Source: a virus
Taxonomy: Duplodnaviria; Caudoviricetes
IMG/VR virus record: IMGVR_UViG_3300028045_000024
Coordinates: 1 to 50,563 of that record
Direction: 5' to 3' (one strand)
DNA length: 50,563 nt
Numbering within the stretch: position 1 is the stretch's first letter; every line of letters starts with the position of its first letter. Position numbers and translations under genes: made by a program. Under the pieces are notes generated by a model that did no database searches, had not been told where the DNA came from, and worked only from the letters and a program-made list of their open reading frames with translations. Of the stretch, positions 46,929-50,563 are shown piece after piece.

Positions 46929-47272
46929 CAGTCACCCCCGTAGAAGTCTTTTATATCTGCAAATCGGTTTGGCGCGGCCTTTGCGTTTTGGCCTGTTTTG
47001 ACGAATCCTTTCTGGGCCGCCTTTCTTTGCGCCCTGGTCATGGAGTACGGGTCTGCTATCTTCGTCGGCTCTGCCTGGGCTTTTTTAATGAAGTCTGGGA
47101 CGGGGTATTTCTTCTGCGGCTCTACTGCGTTTTTTGGGGGACGCCTGTCTTGTTGGTTGTAGGACCGGATCTGCTCCCTCTGTGAGGCTGTGGGCTTGCC
47201 CTTTATTCCCATGATTCCCTTTGTGGTCTCTTTCCCAGAAAGCAGCTCTCTTATCATGTCTGCAATATTCAT
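46928..47272 (-). CDS. Hypothetical basic protein; its C-terminus (IKDFYGGD) is shared with the upstream gene
   Basis: ATGA/TGATG coupling on both sides. Confidence 0.8.
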   Translation of the reverse strand: MNIADMIRELLSGKETTKGIMGIKGKPTASQREQIRSYNQQDRRPPKNAVEPQKKYPVPDFIKKAQAEPTKIADPYSMTRAQRKAAQKGFVKTGQNAKAAPNRFADIKDFYGGD

Positions 47273-47739
47273 CGATCACCCCCATAGAAGTTTTTCATTT
47301 CACGGATGCGTCTATCTATGTCGCTCATGGACTCTTCCGCCTCTCTATCCCGAGCGTCCTCCTGTTCAAAGAACTTTCGCAGTAAGTAGTAGCGCAGCTC
47401 TTCAGACATCTGTGGCAGTTGGTTGATTCCGCCCGAGAAGTCCATGCGCCGATGTTCGTTTCCTAGTCGTGACATGAACTCGTATCGTTCTTGTGGCTTT
47501 TCTGGGGCGATCCCGATGCCGGAACCCATTACGTCACTTCTCATTTTTTGCATCTGGGCGTCAGAGTCGGCTTGTTCTTTCTGCCATTCTGATGGGGCCA
47601 GGAGTTCTTCAAACAGGCGCTGGTCTTCCTTAGTCATCCCTGTGCCCCCGGGCGTCACCTTGGGGAGAGCACTCTCGGTCTCCTTAGGGAGAGCCTTCTC
47701 TACAATCCTCGTTCGCGCAGGCTTTAACAAATCTGCCAT
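47269..47739 (-). CDS. Hypothetical protein with conserved N-terminal tag (MADLLKPARTRIVEKAL)
   Basis: GAGGTG RBS; shared leader. Confidence 0.85.
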   Translation of the reverse strand: MADLLKPARTRIVEKALPKETESALPKVTPGGTGMTKEDQRLFEELLAPSEWQKEQADSDAQMQKMRSDVMGSGIGIAPEKPQERYEFMSRLGNEHRRMDFSGGINQLPQMSEELRYYLLRKFFEQEDARDREAEESMSDIDRRIREMKNFYGGDR

Positions 47740-47742
47740 CGA

Positions 47743-48537
47743 TCACCTCGGTTCCGTCACCATAACATGTTTATGTATCGGTCTGTGTTCTTCGCGCTTT
47801 GGTGTCATATTCGAATCAGTTCCAAACTTAAATACCACTGACTCCATTGCCTTGTCCACGTCCCTTTTAGAAAGGCCCAGGGGGGTTTTCTCCAGCTCTT
47901 CGAAGAACTCCCTTCTCTTGTGCATCGGCTCTCCTTGCAGCGCAATGCCCGCCAGGTTGGACCAGTCCAGATTCATACACCACAGTCTAAACTGCGGGAT
48001 GTCGTTCAACTTTTTTGCACCTGCACACATGTGCGCAATCACAGCACGCTGATTGACTCGCGTTATCTTTGATATTTCAAACACACTCAGCCCACAAGCA
48101 TAAGACACCAGGGCACACACGTCATGCCCGTACCATGTTTCCGGTTGCCCCCGTAGATTTACTGGGATGGCATTTGCCAACTCCCATGGTTCTGGCATGA
48201 ATTGCCCAAAGGCATGGTCTACCGCATCAGGCCAGAAAGAAGGCGCGCGCAGCGCTCGCGGAGATTTTATCCAGGACAGTGCGTGTTCAGTGGATTCAGC
48301 CCAGGCAAGTAACTCCGCGGGGGGCGTGAACCTGGGTCCGGTGTACCTCCATCTGATTTCTCCGCTAAGGTACTCTACAAGGGCAACGATGTATCTGCGG
48401 CCAGAGCCTGTTAGCTTGACGGACTTTACATGCGTTTTCTCGTGAAGAAGGATGTGCCACAATGGGTCTATTCTCTTCTCTTTTGTCCTGGTGCTGGTAG
48501 CGTAAGCGCCCAGGCAACGGCCGGTGTCTACGTTCAT
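47743..48537 (-). CDS. Protein with sigma70-region-4/LuxR-like HTH (candidate late regulator or packaging DNA-binding protein)
   Basis: HTH-like segment YACGLSVFEISKITRVNQRAVIAHMCAGAKKL; first gene of the late operon; start position uncertain. Confidence 0.65.
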   Translation of the reverse strand: MNVDTGRCLGAYATSTRTKEKRIDPLWHILLHEKTHVKSVKLTGSGRRYIVALVEYLSGEIRWRYTGPRFTPPAELLAWAESTEHALSWIKSPRALRAPSFWPDAVDHAFGQFMPEPWELANAIPVNLRGQPETWYGHDVCALVSYACGLSVFEISKITRVNQRAVIAHMCAGAKKLNDIPQFRLWCMNLDWSNLAGIALQGEPMHKRREFFEELEKTPLGLSKRDVDKAMESVVFKFGTDSNMTPKREEHRPIHKHVMVTEPR

Positions 48538-48694
48538 GGTGCCAATGTAGCGCAAATGACGTGTTTTGTAAAATTGGTACGTTGAAAAATGGGTCACGGG
48601 TTTCGAGGGGGGTACTATATATATACAATGGCGTGATAGCATCGGGGATGCCCCCTCAACCTGGGCCTGGCTGGCTACAACATACGACAAACTT

Positions 48695-48800
48695 GTCGCG
48701 TATCCAAAGTCGCGTATCCAGGGTCGCGTATTATTTGTCGCGCATCCAAAGTCAGGAAAGGAAAAACGCGTATTGGTTGTCGCGTATTGGTTGTCGCGAC
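48695..48800 (+). repeat. Array of 14-bp-period repeats with core GTCGCGTAT
   Basis: Units start at 48695, 48709, 48723, 48737, 48779 and 48793, with degenerate units in phase at 48751 and 48765. Confidence 0.9.
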
Positions 48801-48846
48801 TTGCAATACACGAAAAACATGTCGTGTGTTCCAGGGCGTCAACCCG

Positions 48847-48875
48847 TTGCATAACACTTCAATTGATGCTATTCT
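48847..48875 (+). promoter_or_regulatory. Sigma70-type early promoter with extended -10
   Basis: TTGCAT, 17-bp spacer, TG-C-TATTCT; AGGAGG RBS follows at ~48888. Confidence 0.75.
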
Positions 48876-48898
48876 ATAGCCAGCTATAGGAGGCTGTC

Positions 48899-49024
48899 TT
48901 GTTCGATTCGCTTGTTTACTTCGTTGTTCTTTCTTTCATGGTTGTCGCGCTGATTTGGTGCGGTGTTCTAACCCTTGAGCGTCAGCAAGCGCTCGAGCGT
49001 GATTCTATTGTAGGTGTAAAATGA
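48899..49024 (+). CDS. 41-aa single-pass membrane peptide (MFDSLVYFVVLSFMVVALIWCGVLTLERQQALERDSIVGVK)
   Basis: Translated by hand; strong AGGAGG RBS, TTG start and ATGA overlap with the next gene. Confidence 0.65.
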   Translation: MFDSLVYFVVLSFMVVALIWCGVLTLERQQALERDSIVGVK

Positions 49025-49284
49025 GAATGACATTTGTTGAGTTTTATGAATACGAGTCTGACCGAAGCGGGTACTGTCCGGAGTGTGATCAGGTGACCCG
49101 GTTCGAGTATACCGATCCAGATACCACGCCATGCCATGGCGTGCCTTGTCCTGACTGTGAGTCGCCGGTTTATGGCGTTGACATGGCGATGGTCGCAGAG
49201 CTGATTGAAATAGTGGAAGAAGATGTAATGAGGGAAGGGATTCTACACAGGAAAGTTAGACTAGCAAAGGAGTTAGGACAATGA
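49021..49284 (+). CDS. Small zinc-ribbon protein
   Basis: Contains GYCPEC and CPDC. Confidence 0.75.
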   Translation: MRMTFVEFYEYESDRSGYCPECDQVTRFEYTDPDTTPCHGVPCPDCESPVYGVDMAMVAELIEIVEEDVMREGILHRKVRLAKELGQ

Positions 49285-50027
49285 GACTATTACAAATAAG
49301 TTCAACAAATAAGAAGTTCAAAAAACTAGATAAGAGTAGAAAAGTCTACTCTATGTCGCTATTGTCAGGTCATACCTGTATATTCGCTCGAGAGTGTAAA
49401 GCGTCAGTTATGATGATGAATGGTGCTAGGCGCGTAGTGGATGGCGATCAAACCGTGTTTCGCTGTTTCAGTGCTTCACAAGAAGCACAGTACCCCGAGA
49501 CCTATCAGGCACGGTTAAGGAATACCGCACTGGTAAAGAAAGCATATAAGAACGGAGACGTTGAAGGCGTTGCTGACTTGATTGAAGACAGTCTAGTTGA
49601 CGCCATACCGAAAAAACATGTGGATAGTGATAACGTCTTGATCCGCCCGCATATCGGTGGTGGTTTCTTCGCGCTCTGGTATTTTGACGCGTGGCTGATA
49701 GTCGCGCGTCGACGCCCCAACTGGCGTCTATACGCTTATCTGAAAGCGCTCCCATTCTGGGTTAAGCGTATAAACTCCATACCTAATAACTTCCGACTGA
49801 TCGCCTCTCGAGGCGGAACACACGATCACCTGATCGCAGAGCACGGACTGCGCGAGGCTCTGGTCGTGTATTCCGAGGATAGTGCGCGGGCGCTTGGCCT
49901 CGAAATAGATAAAGACGACACGATCGCAGCGTATGGTGAGGGATCGTTCGCTTTGCTTATTCATTCAACGCAACCCAAAGGGAGCGCCGCCGCAAAGGCT
50001 GTTGCTAGGAATAGGGCTAGCCGATGA
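49281..50027 (+). CDS. Gp88-like phage protein (Cys-containing)
   Basis: SLLSGHTCIFA..C...CFSA, R.H.GG.F and YAY.K resemble the Gp88 family pattern; AAGGAG RBS. Confidence 0.72.
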   Translation: MRLLQISSTNKKFKKLDKSRKVYSMSLLSGHTCIFARECKASVMMMNGARRVVDGDQTVFRCFSASQEAQYPETYQARLRNTALVKKAYKNGDVEGVADLIEDSLVDAIPKKHVDSDNVLIRPHIGGGFFALWYFDAWLIVARRRPNWRLYAYLKALPFWVKRINSIPNNFRLIASRGGTHDHLIAEHGLREALVVYSEDSARALGLEIDKDDTIAAYGEGSFALLIHSTQPKGSAAAKAVARNRASR

Positions 50028-50116
50028 AATACATTATCAGTACTGGCGCCCTATTGGTTGCAGCTGTAACCGTTAGCGCGCCCCTATTTGGCCTTCTCAT
50101 GTTGGCTGTGCTATGA
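50024..50116 (+). CDS. 30-aa hydrophobic peptide (MKYIISTGALLVAAVTVSAPLFGLLMLAVL)
   Basis: Translated by hand; ATGA overlaps at both ends. Confidence 0.6.
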   Translation: MKYIISTGALLVAAVTVSAPLFGLLMLAVL

Positions 50117-50355
50117 ATATATCTATAAAGATAAACGACGATAACCAGCTGTTTCTAGTTATTCCGGCAGAACTGGTATCCAGTACTGGCAACGAGTTTA
50201 TCGTCAATCTTTCAGACCTTGACGACAGCAAACTTTTGGAGACTGCTAGAACCCTCGAGCTTTCATCTTCAGGACTATTCAAGGTGCTGTATCCAGATAT
50301 CGCGCGGAAACTGGGTGACGAAATACTTAGCCGAGTATCACTGACTATTTCATGA
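50113..50355 (+). CDS. Hypothetical protein
   Basis: ATGA-coupled; precedes the terminator. Confidence 0.7.
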   Translation: MNISIKINDDNQLFLVIPAELVSSTGNEFIVNLSDLDDSKLLETARTLELSSSGLFKVLYPDIARKLGDEILSRVSLTIS

Positions 50356-50380
50356 AATAATCAGACACGACATCAAGTCA

Positions 50381-50407
50381 GGCGCTCCACTTGGGGCGCC
50401 TTTTTTT
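50381..50407 (+). terminator. Intrinsic terminator
   Basis: Stem GGCGCTCC-ACTT-GGGGCGCC followed by 7 T. Confidence 0.88.
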
Positions 50408-50419
50408 GTCTGGAGTTTC

Positions 50420-50563
50420 ATCGGTGGCGCGCGTCCTGGAAATGCGAGTCGACCGTCCTGGAAATGCGAGTCGACCGTCCTGGAAATGCGAGTCGACCGT
50501 CCTGGAAATGCGAGTCGACCGTCCTGGAAATGCGAGTCGACCGTCCTGGAAATCACGCCAGCT
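50420..50563 (+). repeat. Right copy of the terminal direct repeat, with 5 full 22-bp units plus a partial
   Basis: Units start at 50433, 50455, 50477, 50499 and 50521, with a partial at 50543; flanks identical to 1-100. Confidence 0.95.

Larger units (their letters stand above)
1..50563. mobile_element. Complete or near-complete tailed bacteriophage genome (podovirus-like), circularly overlapping ends
   Basis: Terminase, portal, scaffold, capsid, tail/ejection, lysis, replication and recombination modules are all present. Sequence 1-100 recurs at 50420-50563. No tail sheath or tape-measure/chaperone arrangement was recognised. Confidence 0.93.

Noticed and set aside
48538-48852. N-terminal extension of ORF 47743-48852
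   Set aside because: It runs through the 14-bp repeat array and promoter region. The 14-bp period is not a multiple of three, so this stretch is likely non-coding.
50433-50553. 22-bp repeats as a CRISPR or mini-CRISPR array
   Set aside because: The units are directly adjacent with no unique spacers, and no cas genes are present.
1-50563. tRNA genes and a specific host assignment
   Set aside because: No cloverleaf was recognised by eye, and nothing in the sequence identifies the host beyond sigma70-type promoters and a peptidoglycan-binding lysin.

Overview
This window looks like an essentially complete ~50.4 kb tailed-phage genome, probably short-tailed (podovirus-like). The two ends overlap as a circular or terminal repeat, but with 3 vs 5 copies of a 22-bp unit. 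Layout: (1) rightward early accessory genes at 48899-50355 and 669-5594, behind near-consensus sigma70 promoters, including a C5 DNA methyltransferase with a second subunit nested in another reading frame, an SSB and a Gp88-like protein; (2) a leftward replication operon with XRE HTH, RusA, primase/VapE helicase, SF2 helicase and MT-A70 methylase; (3) divergent YqaJ and ERF recombination genes; (4) a lysis pair; (5) a ~35 kb leftward morphogenesis operon with terminase, portal, scaffold, major capsid, tail adaptor/nozzle, ejection proteins including a 2387-aa HEXXH protein, and tail fibres. I recognised no integrase, DNA polymerase, tRNA or CRISPR array. The most striking observation is five otherwise unrelated ORFs around the terminase genes that share an N-terminal peptide (MADL..KR..IA..AL). 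This peptide matches the extreme C-terminal helix of the putative scaffold (LDDKRMIVARRAL), which suggests a scaffold-mimicking capsid-loading tag on a swappable set of cargo genes. All product calls come from recognising motifs by eye; no database searches were run.
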